Below are positions 10,087 to 20,700 of a stretch of DNA of 58,017 nt, piece by piece (position 1 is the first letter of the stretch; each line of letters starts with the position of its first letter). The translations under genes and the position numbers were made by a program. Location of the stretch: IMG/VR virus record IMGVR_UViG_3300044993_000766, positions 1 to 58,017 of that record. One strand, 5' to 3'. The notes below the pieces were generated by a model, which saw only the letters and a list, made by a program, of their open reading frames with translations, made no database searches and had not been told where the DNA came from. This DNA comes from a virus. Taxonomy: Duplodnaviria; Caudoviricetes.

Positions 10087-10461
10087 TCAAGCCTCCGAGT
10101 TCGCTGCTGAATGCCGCTGCTGCGCTGAGTCGCCACGACGAACGCTGCGGCCCGGCGCATCAATCTCCAATACGAAGCTGCGCAACACGGTCGCACCCAC
10201 CACAGGCGGCTGCCGGTCGATGCGTACCGTCATGCCTTTGACCCAGAACGTTTCGCCTGCGGCCAACCACAGCACGCCCACCACGTTCCCATGCGAGTCG
10301 CAATCGCTCTTGACGGTGTTCGACCGAGGCTCCTCGCCATCCGCGCACTGCTGTGCCGTGACCATGACGAGGCAGCAGTCAGCGTCTTTGCCAATCACCA
10401 CCATCCGCACGTCATCGCCGATCCAGACCGGTTCGCGCACGGCCACTTGCATGCGCACCAC
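10087..10461 (-). CDS. Divergent tandem CsrA-like protein
   Basis: GTG start with GAGG RBS gives MVRMQVAVREPVWIGDDV, colinear with the CsrA N-terminus; second repeat LAAGETFWV...LEIDAP. Confidence 0.62.
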   Translation of the reverse strand: MVRMQVAVREPVWIGDDVRMVVIGKDADCCLVMVTAQQCADGEEPRSNTVKSDCDSHGNVVGVLWLAAGETFWVKGMTVRIDRQPPVVGATVLRSFVLEIDAPGRSVRRGDSAQQRHSAANSEA

Positions 10462-10554
10462 ACTTTGCCTCTGCCTTCTGCAACGGGACTGCCTATGTAC
10501 CTTATTGCCGCCACGCTCGCAACAAACACTTGTAGCATGTAGCAACATTTTACA

Positions 10555-10860
10555 TTAGCGCTTGCCGGTCGCGACCGCCCTGCGTTTGGTCACGGGCCGG
10601 CGGCCCAGGGCGCTACGCGCGACCGACCGCGCCGGCCGCTTTGGCGATGCGGGCACACTGTCGATGAGCAGCAGCAAGCGATGCGTCGCAGCGCCTGCAC
10701 CCAAGGCGACCGGCAGCGGCTCGCCGTTACTGCCGCACAGGCTGGCTTGCTCGGGCAGGGTGAAGTCGATCGCCCAGCCACCGACCAAGGGCTGCACACG
10801 GATATCGAGACCATGCAGCATCGCGGGGATGGAAGGCGCTTGCGCGCGACTACGGGGCAT
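10555..10860 (-). CDS. Small hypothetical protein in the CsrA-like operon
   Basis: ATG 10860 with AAGGA RBS overlapping the upstream gene's stop region. Confidence 0.5.
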   Translation of the reverse strand: MPRSRAQAPSIPAMLHGLDIRVQPLVGGWAIDFTLPEQASLCGSNGEPLPVALGAGAATHRLLLLIDSVPASPKRPARSVARSALGRRPVTKRRAVATGKR

Positions 10861-11281
10861 GCAGAGGTTCCTTCTGTCGTAGATGAAGAAGCGGTACACA
10901 GGCGGCCGGGCGCACTGGGGGCCTGGGGCGCAGGCGCGCGCGCAGCCGCGCATGGCGCGCAATGGCCAGCTCTTGCGGGGCATCTACGCAGACCCGGTAC
11001 GGGCGCAGCAAGCTGGCCGCAGTAGGCATCGCGAGCGTCTCAATCCGCAGATACGTCGCACCCACCCAGAAGCCAGCACCAGGGGCGAGGGCCAACACCG
11101 AACTGATCCAGCCCGCATCGCCAGGGGTGCTGGCGCGAAACCCGCGCTCGACGACCAGGGCGCAGTCCCAGGCGGTTTCGACAAACACGTAGATCAACCC
11201 CGCCGCGCACCCTGTCACTTGCAGACAAGCGCCGACGCCCAATTGCAAGCGTTCCCCTGCGGCGCAGTCGATCGCGCCCAT
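10850..11281 (-). CDS. Divergent tandem CsrA-like protein
   Basis: MGAIDCAAGERLQLG..., second repeat LAPGAGFWVG...RVCVDAPQELAIAR; TGAATG coupling to the upstream gene. Confidence 0.62.
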   Translation of the reverse strand: MGAIDCAAGERLQLGVGACLQVTGCAAGLIYVFVETAWDCALVVERGFRASTPGDAGWISSVLALAPGAGFWVGATYLRIETLAMPTAASLLRPYRVCVDAPQELAIARHARLRARLRPRPPVRPAACVPLLHLRQKEPLHAP

Positions 11282-11719
11282 TCACGGCCCACTCGAAAGT
11301 TGCCGGCGCCCGTCACCGTCCATCCGCGACATGGGCAGCGCGGTCGCAACGGGCGCCGGCAGGAGGGCAGGGTTGGAGGCAACAGGCTGCGCAGCATCGC
11401 CCGCACGGCGCTGCGTAATGCCGATATGAAGCCAGTTGTCGCAGTCCGCGGCCAGCGGCACCAGCTCGCCGGGCAACCAGACCTGAACCTCGAACGGCCC
11501 GAGGGTGAACCTGCGGAGGGCTTGCAGGGAAAACAAATAGGTCCAGACGCCCACCGTGCCGGCAATGGGGGTGACAGGCGCACCGTCCAGCGTGAGGCGG
11601 GTGCCGGCAGGCGCGGTCGCGCCCAGAACCACCCTCTCCCCCTGCCGGCGGTGGATCGCGATTCGAATGTTCTCACCGAGGCGCAGCGCGCACCCGATCT
11701 GGCATGTCTCGACCCGCAT
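11282..11719 (-). CDS. Divergent CsrA-like protein, first gene of the operon
   Basis: MRVETCQIGCALRLGENIRIAIHRRQGERVVLGATAP matches the CsrA beta-strand pattern (GxxVxLGIxAP); GGAGG RBS. Confidence 0.68.
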   Translation of the reverse strand: MRVETCQIGCALRLGENIRIAIHRRQGERVVLGATAPAGTRLTLDGAPVTPIAGTVGVWTYLFSLQALRRFTLGPFEVQVWLPGELVPLAADCDNWLHIGITQRRAGDAAQPVASNPALLPAPVATALPMSRMDGDGRRQLSSGP

Positions 11720-11766
11720 CCTGCGCCTCCCTTATTCCCGTGGGCGGTGCCCACCGTTACCGGCCA

Positions 11767-11802
11767 AGGAAAGCATTGCTCAGAAGAATTGTCAATGGCA
11801 AT
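11767..11802. promoter_or_regulatory. Divergent promoter/operator between the csrA-like operon and the repressor
   Basis: Minus-strand TTGACA (11790-11795) with 17-bp spacer to TG-n-TTTCCT; near-perfect inverted repeat ATTGTCA-A-TGGCAAT at 11788-11802 overlaps it. Confidence 0.5.
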
Positions 11803-11847
11803 ATTTATTTCTATCGGAAAGTCTCCAGGTCGAGTAGGATCGCGATC

Positions 11848-12510
11848 ATGAACAAGTACACCGAGGCTTTGGTCGCCGCGATGGGCAAGAGACGCATCCG
11901 CAGCCGGACGCTTGCTGCGGAAGTCGGCACGATCAGTGAAAACGCTATCGCGCAATGGCGCAGCGGCCGGCGTCCGGTCCCGGTCGAGTACGCACCCAAG
12001 CTGGCGAAGTTGCTTGGCGTACCGCCGCAGTCCATCAGCGAATCCTACGATCGACTTCTGCAATCCGGTGTCATCACGTCTGCGGAGGGCGGCCACGAAG
12101 CATGGGCAAATCCGCCTGCGGGCCATGCAGTCATTGAGCGATTGATAGGGTTTGGCCGTGCGGACGAACAGGAGCGGCTCTGGCTGCCGGAACTCATGCT
12201 GCGGCGGGAATTGGGCGCGACACCGATCGAGAATGTCCGTTGGGTCACACTACATTCGCGGACGATGGAACCGGAAATCAAACGCCATGCCGTGGTGCTG
12301 GTGGACATCAGCGCCACCCGGCATGAGGAGGTCGTCGATGGCCGACTGTACGCCTACTCGCTACTCGGGCGGTCAGATATTCGTCGGATCACGATTCGTC
12401 GGGATGCCTGGATACTGATCGGCGACAACGAAGAACGGATCAAGACCAGCGTACCTACCGCGGACTTGCCGGAGCTTCACTTGCTTGGCATGGTCATCGG
12501 CTGGCTATGA
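11848..12510 (+). CDS. XRE-type HTH repressor with S24-like C-terminal domain, probably non-autocleaving
   Basis: HTH SENAIAQWRSGRRPVP; C-terminal SRTMEPEI...VVLVD...DGRLY...IRRI...GDN...LLGMVI; ATG 11848 with AGGA RBS. Confidence 0.85.
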   Translation: MNKYTEALVAAMGKRRIRSRTLAAEVGTISENAIAQWRSGRRPVPVEYAPKLAKLLGVPPQSISESYDRLLQSGVITSAEGGHEAWANPPAGHAVIERLIGFGRADEQERLWLPELMLRRELGATPIENVRWVTLHSRTMEPEIKRHAVVLVDISATRHEEVVDGRLYAYSLLGRSDIRRITIRRDAWILIGDNEERIKTSVPTADLPELHLLGMVIGWL

Positions 12511-12633
12511 CGGCGGTATTTGCGCCTAGAATACGCCAGACGCAGGCTGCTGAGCATAACAGGCGGACACCCCGGGGCTGCATCACCAGCCGGCACAAGG
12601 AACAGGGAGCAGGACGTGGATTACCCCAATGGA

Positions 12634-14136
12634 ATGAGAATCGCGAAAGGACTGGCGCTCGCCATCGGCTATTGCATTGCCTATCTCGTACTTCGCTATT
12701 TCTCATATGACCAATGGTTTCTTCCGGCAGGATTACGGGCGGTCTGTCTTTTCTTTTTGCCCTATCGATATTGGCCACTTGTTTTCATAGGAGATGCCGC
12801 CGCAGTGATGTATGGGCGCATCCCGGCAGAAACCGAAAAAAATCAGATCTGGGTTTATCTTGGCCCATTTATGCTGATTGCAGGGACCTCAATTGCACCA
12901 TATTTACTTCGAAAAAGGCTGGCGAACGCACAAGCGATTGCGCATAGATTGCCGATTGCGGCCGCATGTATCTCGGCATGGGGCGGCATTTGCACAGTTG
13001 CGTTAAACGCGACACTTGGAGGTCCAGATGAATACGCTACGTTGGATTTTTTTATAACAAAACTCTTTGCAAATTATTTGGGCGCACTGCTGGGGCTGCT
13101 GCCATTTCTGATTTGGATCAATAGGCACCACTATATAGGACAACTTAAAAAAGCGGCACGAAATATTGTGCTTTCGGCCATATCGATTGCACTCATGTTT
13201 GCCTACTTGGAATACTGGCACACAGGTAGCGAAGTAGCGAGAAAAGCGGTACTAATGCTGATGATCTGTCCAGCGTTGTTTCTCACTTACTATCACGGGT
13301 GGCTAGGCGCAGCATTCGGCGTCATTCTTGTCAATATCGGCATCGCACAGACTATGACCTATATGCGAACTCCCGGTATTCCAGTCCCATACGACGAAAG
13401 CGTTTTTCTCGCTCAGATCGGACTATCCATCGCAGCGTCCGCTTTTCTGATCCTGGGAACGAGAATTACGTCCCATTACGAGAATGCGATTGAATCAGGT
13501 GTCGCAGAAAAAAAAGCCAGGAAAATATCGCGCATAGCACTACTCTCGAACGAAGAAGACGCCCGAGACCAAGTTATTTGCATGGCACAGCTACATTTAC
13601 TTCTGGATGAAAAACAGGAAGAACTTGTCCACTGGCTCAAGGCTAACGGCAAACATGAGGAGGCTTTCAACCTCAAAAGCAGTGGTGCGCAACGGCGTAA
13701 GAAGTTCCATGAGAATGCCTTGGCGGTTTACCCCATCGGCATCGAAGAAAAGGGCTTATTCGCCGTCATCCACTCGCAGACCTTCGAGGATCGATGGACA
13801 AACGGTATACCGATGGCGATCAGTCTGGATAAAGGCGACCCGAAGAAACTCTCCATTGAATTGCAAGTCGCTGCATACCGCTGCCTGTGTAGCGCGGTTG
13901 TGCTGATGTGCGACTGGAGGCCAGAAGAGCTGCACATGCGCGTTCGTGTCTGGCAGACAACCTTGCACCGAGGCGTCTATTTCTCAGTGTCAGCATTCCG
14001 CCCAGGAGAACCACAAGCGACTCAGGCGGGCGCTGCTTCCTCTTTGTATCTCGACGCAAAGGTCAGTGCGCATGGCGGCATTCTGCGCCACCATGCGCAC
14101 CGAGTTAGCGTCCTGCTTGCGGAAGAAATGACTTAG
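12634..14136 (+). CDS. MASE1 membrane sensor with degenerate histidine-kinase-like C-terminus
   Basis: WFLPAGLRAVCLFFLPYRYWP MASE1 signature, many TM helices; YPIGIEEKGL and LQVAAYRCL resemble HisKA_3/HATPase linkers; start may be GTG 12616. Confidence 0.82.
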   Translation: MRIAKGLALAIGYCIAYLVLRYFSYDQWFLPAGLRAVCLFFLPYRYWPLVFIGDAAAVMYGRIPAETEKNQIWVYLGPFMLIAGTSIAPYLLRKRLANAQAIAHRLPIAAACISAWGGICTVALNATLGGPDEYATLDFFITKLFANYLGALLGLLPFLIWINRHHYIGQLKKAARNIVLSAISIALMFAYLEYWHTGSEVARKAVLMLMICPALFLTYYHGWLGAAFGVILVNIGIAQTMTYMRTPGIPVPYDESVFLAQIGLSIAASAFLILGTRITSHYENAIESGVAEKKARKISRIALLSNEEDARDQVICMAQLHLLLDEKQEELVHWLKANGKHEEAFNLKSSGAQRRKKFHENALAVYPIGIEEKGLFAVIHSQTFEDRWTNGIPMAISLDKGDPKKLSIELQVAAYRCLCSAVVLMCDWRPEELHMRVRVWQTTLHRGVYFSVSAFRPGEPQATQAGAASSLYLDAKVSAHGGILRHHAHRVSVLLAEEMT

Positions 14137-14154
14137 ATCGCAAGGCTTATGCGC

Positions 14155-14556
14155 TTACTCCGCGGGCCGAACGATCCAGCGATCTTGATCCGACTGCCGG
14201 TAGAAGATGACCTCAATCTTGTTGTCCCGATACACCATGCGGCCTGTGACCGGGGACTGCTCATCGGTCTGAATTACCCAAGACGTTGCGTCGATTTGCA
14301 GGGCCGAAACACGCACCCCGCTCACTGCGTTATTGATTTCCATATAGCGGACGCCCTGCCATGTGGCCTCCTGCTTCTGCCAAGCAGGGTCGCGCACCAA
14401 ATCAACGACGTTGGGCATCGTTGACGCCGAACCGCTCGTTACTTTTGGTGCATCACCGCCAGTACCTACTTGCGCATGGGCAGAAGCACTGGTGAACATC
14501 GTCGCAAGCAGCAGAACTGCAAGTGCGATCGCATATCGGAAAGCCGGAATGGCCAT
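14155..14556 (-). CDS. Small secreted/periplasmic protein
   Basis: Sec signal peptide ending ASAHA-Q; convergent with the MASE1 gene. Confidence 0.75.
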   Translation of the reverse strand: MAIPAFRYAIALAVLLLATMFTSASAHAQVGTGGDAPKVTSGSASTMPNVVDLVRDPAWQKQEATWQGVRYMEINNAVSGVRVSALQIDATSWVIQTDEQSPVTGRMVYRDNKIEVIFYRQSDQDRWIVRPAE

Positions 14557-14745
14557 GTCAATCTCCTTGAAAATGTCCGTGATATGTGTGTTAGCGCATG
14601 CACTTCAAAATCTGACATGCGCTAACAGTTTTGCGCCCGCAAGATATAGCGTCTCCGGGGCTGTAGGACGGTAGCACCACCACACGTAGCGCAATGTGCG
14701 CATGCCACAGTCCGCCATCCAGTTCCCGTTACTGTCTGCGTTGGG

Positions 14746-17700
14746 TCATTCACCGCCAACACCTTCTTCTTCAGCAATTCGCTGCCGCAGTGCCGCATCG
14801 TAGGCAACACCGTTTTCGGCCCGTTTGCTGTATGCCTCACGCGCGCGCAGCGAGCGGCGGATGGTCTGCCCAGTGATGGGCTTTTCGGGGTACGCCTTGT
14901 TGAAGGCCAGTATCTTCCGGCGCACTTCGAGTGCCGCGTCCTGATCGTCCATACGCAGCGCCATGGCATAGGCCGCCAACAGCGCCTTGCGACGGTCGAG
15001 AATGTGTCGCTCGCGGTCCTTGAGTGCGCGATTCACGGCGTACTGCCGCGCCACTTCGGCCGGCGTGAAGCCGATGGCCTGCAAGAATTCATCCTTGAAG
15101 TCGGTATCGGTCACGAGGTCGCCGCGCGTGGAGGTGACGCCTTCTTCGGCATAGCGCAGCGCCTTCATCGCATCCTTGAGCGCCTTGGGCAACATGGTCT
15201 CCACACCGCGATAGACCTGACCTTCGGCAATCAACTGCGTGCCGACAAAGAAGTTTTTTGCGATGCCGAACATCGGCCCCGCCACGTTGTCCATCATGGC
15301 GTAGTAGGCATCGCGGCCGTCCAGTTCGCGATCGGCATCGCGCCACAGCAGTTGCGACATTTCCACGCGGCTGGCGATGTCGGCGCCCGTCAGTGTGTTC
15401 GCTGCACCGTTCATTGCGACTTCCGCGCCAGCTTCACCCAGAAACTGCGCGAGGAATTTGCGGATTTCGGCCTCGGTATCCCACGGGTCGTCCTCATCGC
15501 CGAATGCATGCGCGATAGCGTCGATCACGCCGATGGACAGCGACGCCATCGGCAGGCCCATCGCGCCGGAGAAAAAACCACTCATGACCAGCACACCAGC
15601 AAGATTGCGCCGCGCCAGCCGGCGCACTTCGGGGCTGTCGCCTCGGGTCGCCTTCCAGCCCATACGGCCCAGGTGCCAAAGCATGTTCAGACCGTACTGC
15701 TTGAACATCAGCACGATCTTCGCTGGCCCCGATTGCAGGTAGCGTGCGCGGTTAGCGTTGCTGTAGTTGAAGTGGGTCGCGGTAATGGTGTCGGCCGCAA
15801 AACGCACGGCGGCATCGAATGATTGCCCCGCGTCGCGCGCAAGGCGATAGGCCGCCATGCCGGACGCTTCGCGGTTCAGCACTTCTGCGGTGTGAAACAG
15901 CCAGCCGATGAGTTCCATCGCGCGCGCCAGCTTGGGGTTGTAGGTGGCAAGACCGCCCTCGGCCAGCCCCATCAGCGCGTGGGTCTGCGTCTTGTCGAGC
16001 ACACCGGCCTGCTGCAAAGCGGCGTGGGCTTTGACCTCATCCGGGCGCTTGAGCACCTTCTGCGCATGTCCGGCCGTGCGCGCCGAGTCGTTCATGGCGC
16101 GCATGAGGTGGCGCATGGCGTTCGCCGGGCCGAATTGCGACGCCAACTGCGGGAAGGTCAGGACGGCGGTCTGAGTGAGGTTGACCAGCGCCGCCGCTGG
16201 CGTCACACCCAGGAAGTAGACAAAGCCGATCGAGGACAGACGGTTGGTCATCGCGCTGTCCTGCGGATTCAGCACCCACTGGTGACGCTGATCCAGCTCG
16301 CCGAGGATGGCGTCCATCGCGACGACAGCACGGGTGTCGGTGTCCGGCTCGCGCCTGCGAATATCCTGCGCCTCACGCAGATCCGCCAAGGTGCGCTCCA
16401 GCACATGCCCATACCGCAGCCGCGCGAGCTGATGCGCGCCATGTGCCATGTTGTGAGCGAAGGCGCGCAGCGCATCAGGATCGAAGCCGGCGACGCCTTG
16501 CCGGTGGATCGCATGCTTGCGCATCGACAACTCCGGCAGCGTTTGCAGGTAGGTTTGATAGATCGCGTCCTGCGTTTTCTCCGACACACCGGCTTTACGC
16601 AGTTGTTCGATCACGTCGGCGACGAACGAGCCGCTGGGCGCGTCCTTGGCTTGCGCGCCGCGCAGCCGACCGCGAGCCTTGACCGCGAATCCGCGCGCCT
16701 TGAACGCCGCTTCCCTGCGCTCAAGCGCGGCCGGACTGTCGAGCATGAGAAACACCGGCTCGCCGTCGCGCTCGGCCGCTATGAAGTATTCGCCGTATCG
16801 CTGCAAGGGGAAGTAGACGCCCTGAAGGCGATGGGTCTCGAACTGCTGTCGAATCGAAAACACCAGCTTGCGCTTGAGGCCGTCCGGCGCCTCGCTGGCT
16901 TCGATGCGCTGAGCGAGCGCGTCTTCGACTTGCTGGGAGCGGTCGCGGTACAGGTTACGCATCTGCCGGTAGAAGCCCTGCGCCTCCGGCGACAATGCCT
17001 GCCACTGCGCGCGAAGCGTCGGGTAGATGCGCTTTCGGGATTCCTCGCGCCCCGGCATGCCGCGCAAGCGGCGGGCTTCTTCCATCATGTCGATCTTGTT
17101 GTCGGCGCTGCGCCCGAGCATCTGCTCGCGCAGGGCTTTGAGCGCCTCGCGGATATTCTTGCGATTAGCATCGTGCAACTGCCCGCCATAGCGGAATTGC
17201 AGCACCTGGTACGCCTCGGCCGGATCGACGCCTTCGAGCGTCGCCCGGTGCATCAGATCGAACAAACGCTTGGCCTCGGCCTTGTGGCGTCCGGCCCAGC
17301 GGCGGACGCTCTCGGCGAGGTCCGCACCCTCCTCCAGCAGTGCGTTACGGTCGGCCGACATGGCGTCGAGCTGGCGGGAGAATCCGGCGATGGCCGGGTC
17401 GTAGTCGCTGCCCAGTTCGGTCAGGTGGTTGGTGGCCAGTGCGCCCAGCCAGACGCTGCGGCTGGCGTCCTTGAGTTTGGCCGGGGTGCTGTCGCGCAGC
17501 CACTGTCGCACGCGATCAAGCCGGCTTGCGTCTTCATCCTGCCGCACTACGGCGTCCACGTCGGCCAGAAAACCCTCCGGCGCACGCCGGCTGAACATCG
17601 GCAACCCCTCCGCGACGGCGGTCCGCATGGCGGGTGTGATGTCGAGGGCGTGAACGTCCAGTGGAGGCGACCGGAAGCGCGGACGAATCTGTGCGGTCTT

Positions 17701-20700
17701 CGCCTGCCCACCCAACGGACGCGCCCACCGGTTGACCACCGCAGGCAGGATGCCGTCGTAGTAGCCGCCCATGCCGGCATCGCCCAGGTGGAGCGAGAGC
17801 GCATCCAGACGCCGCAGAGGCGTGCCACGCGAGCTGCCGCGCGGGGATAGGTCGCCCTCGCCCGCGCGGACGCGCGCGGCCACCTTGGCACCCAGCAGCG
17901 AGGACAGCAGGTTCGCCGGCACCTCCATTTCCCGCACCACGTCGCCCTGCTTCAAGCCAGCGACGCGGAACGCGCCCGAAGGCATGGGCATATAGTCGAT
18001 GGCATCGACCTGTTCGCCCCGCGAATAGCGCGAGGTCTGCTGCGCGCCGGTCGTCCAGCCGATGCGCTGGAAGCCACGTTCGGCCGCCATCCGCACCATG
18101 CGTTTGATCGCAAGCAACGTCCAGTCTTCGGTGGACTTGAAAGGCGCGTCAGGTGCGACGTTGCGATCGGCGCTTGGACGATACCCGTAGCGCCGGCCGT
18201 GCTGGTGCCAATCGGACTGGATCTCCTCAATGAACAGCATGCGCTTGCCGTCCACGTCCTCGCGCTCGTTGTAGCGGATGTGGACAAGGACATTCTTTAC
18301 AGAGGGGTAGTGTTCGCTATGGAAAGGTTCGTCGGGGTTGCGGCTCGATGGCTGCACCGGAAAAGTCAGGAGCAGTTCGCGGTACTCGCGCCCGCCTTCC
18401 ATCTGGTAGCTCGCGTATCGGCCTTCCGCAGAAACGAATGGCGCAGTTGTTTCTATGCCCGCCGAAAGGGTTTCAAGATCGTGCCTCTGCGATTCGGTCA
18501 GTGTGCGCTCATCGACTTCCTGGCCGTCACGCATGAGAGCAACGCCATACGACGGAAGCGTTTCGATCTCGAACCCCGCTGCCTGCAATCGATCCAGCGC
18601 CGCGTCGTAGCGGGCGACATCTCCGCCGATTTGCTGTTCGCCGATCCGCACCTGATGGGTGCGCACGAAGTCGGTCAGCGCCTCGCGTGTGATCCGCGCT
18701 TCTCCGGTTACGCTTTCCCGTGTAGTCAGCCAAACATCGACATCGAGCCAGTCGCGTTCCGCCTGCTTGAATCCACCGCGCCGCTGTACGCCATCCAGCC
18801 ATTGTTGCCACTGCTCAGCGGTTCCCCGCCGCGGTGCGCCTTGGGCGCGCTCCAGCGCCTGCAACAATGCCGAGCGAAAGCCCTCCACGCGCGAAAACGC
18901 TGGTGCCATCGACTCTTTGAGTGACAAGGCACGCTCGCTGCCGCCCAGCCGAACCTGCCTCGCGGCACGCATGACCAACTGACGAAGCTCAGCCTCCGAG
19001 AGCGTCCAGCGCACGCCGAGCTTGCGCAGGAACGCGCGCACGGCCGCGACGACACGATCAAGCACGGAATCCTTCACACCTCTCTCGGCCAGAATCGCGA
19101 TGAACTCGGCAATGGCCGTACTGTCCCAGCCGTTATCCAGGTAGCCACGCCGCGCGTGCTCGGCGAACAGGTCGCGATAGCGCCCCTTCTCTCGCAGACG
19201 ATGGACGCCTTCGGCGATCTGCGCCCACTGCGCCGGCCCGACGATGGTTTCGATGCCGTAGTGACCGATGGCCTCGTGGATCAGCACACGCTGGACGGCA
19301 CGCCGGTTCGGCAGCGCACTGGCCACCAGATAAACAGTGCCCGTGCTGCGCGCGTAATAGCCTTCGGCGAGGTGAACATCCGGCGCGCGCCGCGCTGAAG
19401 CCGGCAGATAGTCTGGGGTTGCGACGACACGCACCACGGGCGCCCCCTTCCAGTCCACCAGCATCTCGTCCACGACCCGCTGCACCTGGGCAACGCTCGC
19501 GCCAGCAGCGGCTGGGTTGCGGCGTTTGCTGAAAGCTCCGGCGTCATCGTCCCGCTGCTGCTGGTAGTCCAGCAGCTCGTCCAGCGCATCGCTGAACCCA
19601 GCCTCGCGCAGCGCCGAGCGCTGCGCCTCCAGCGCCGCATCGAGCATAGGCCGCTCATGCTCGGGAATCTCCGGCCCGCGCACCAGCAACAGCCGCTGCA
19701 CGCGACGATACTGCTCGCGTGCCTCGCGCAACGCCTGTGTCTGCTCGAAAGGCTTGGCGGCTTCGGCCCTGAAGCGTTCGGCCTCGCCTCGGGCGTTCTC
19801 AATACGGGCTTCGGTATCTACGATTTCCGCGCCGATCCGGTCGATATAGTTGTTCAGCCGAGTCAGCAGGCCGGTGGCCGAAAAGGTCTGCGCACCACGC
19901 TCGTAGCTCGTGACCTCGCCCAGATCGGACGACACGCGCACCCATTGGGCATGCACACGATCAATCTCGAAGGTCACGCCGCGATAGGCGAGTTCCACCG
20001 GACTTGCTGCGTCGCTCGGACCGATCAGCGCGCCAACGCGCCGGGCAATAGTCTGAGTCAGCGCCTTGCGCTCCCCGAACCGGGCACCGTCCAGCGTAGT
20101 ACCGCCGGGCACCGCCTCCTTGTCCTCGGGCAAGGGGTGTTGCTTGACTTGGGCTTGCACCTCGCGCAATGCCTTCAGGTAACGCGGGCCACCCATCGCG
20201 GCGTACTGCTCGGCCGTGCGCGCCTGCCGTTGCAGGGCCGTCTGGTTATCGGCGTGCGCCAACTCCAACTGTTCCAGTCGGCGCACGTCATGGCGCAACT
20301 GGGTCTCGCGCAGGATCAGCGGGTCTCCCGACGCGGCGGCCTTCATTTCGGCTGCATTCGCCGCCTCGCCGTCGATGTCCTCGATTTCGGTCTGTTGGCC
20401 GTCGTATTTGCGCAACTGCTCGATGCCGCGCGCCTTGTGTTCCAATAATTGCCAGCGCCGGGTGTCGTAGGTCTGGCGGGTCGCGTAGCGATAGATCGCC
20501 ACCTCAAACCCGTCCGGGTCGCGCTCGTAGAGCTGGTTGCCGCGTCGGATCGCTCGGCCTTCGCGCTGTTCCAGATCGCTCGGCTTCCACGGGGCATCGA
20601 TGTGGTGCAGGCCGACGATGCGATCCTGCACGTTGGTGCCGGCTCCCATCTTTGCGGTCGAACCGAACAGGAACCGCACCTCGCCGCTTTTGACGCGCTT

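Noticed and set aside
10883-12126. ORFs 10883-11851 (+) and 11215-12126 (-)
   Set aside because: Overlap better-supported CsrA-like and repressor genes; low-complexity translations
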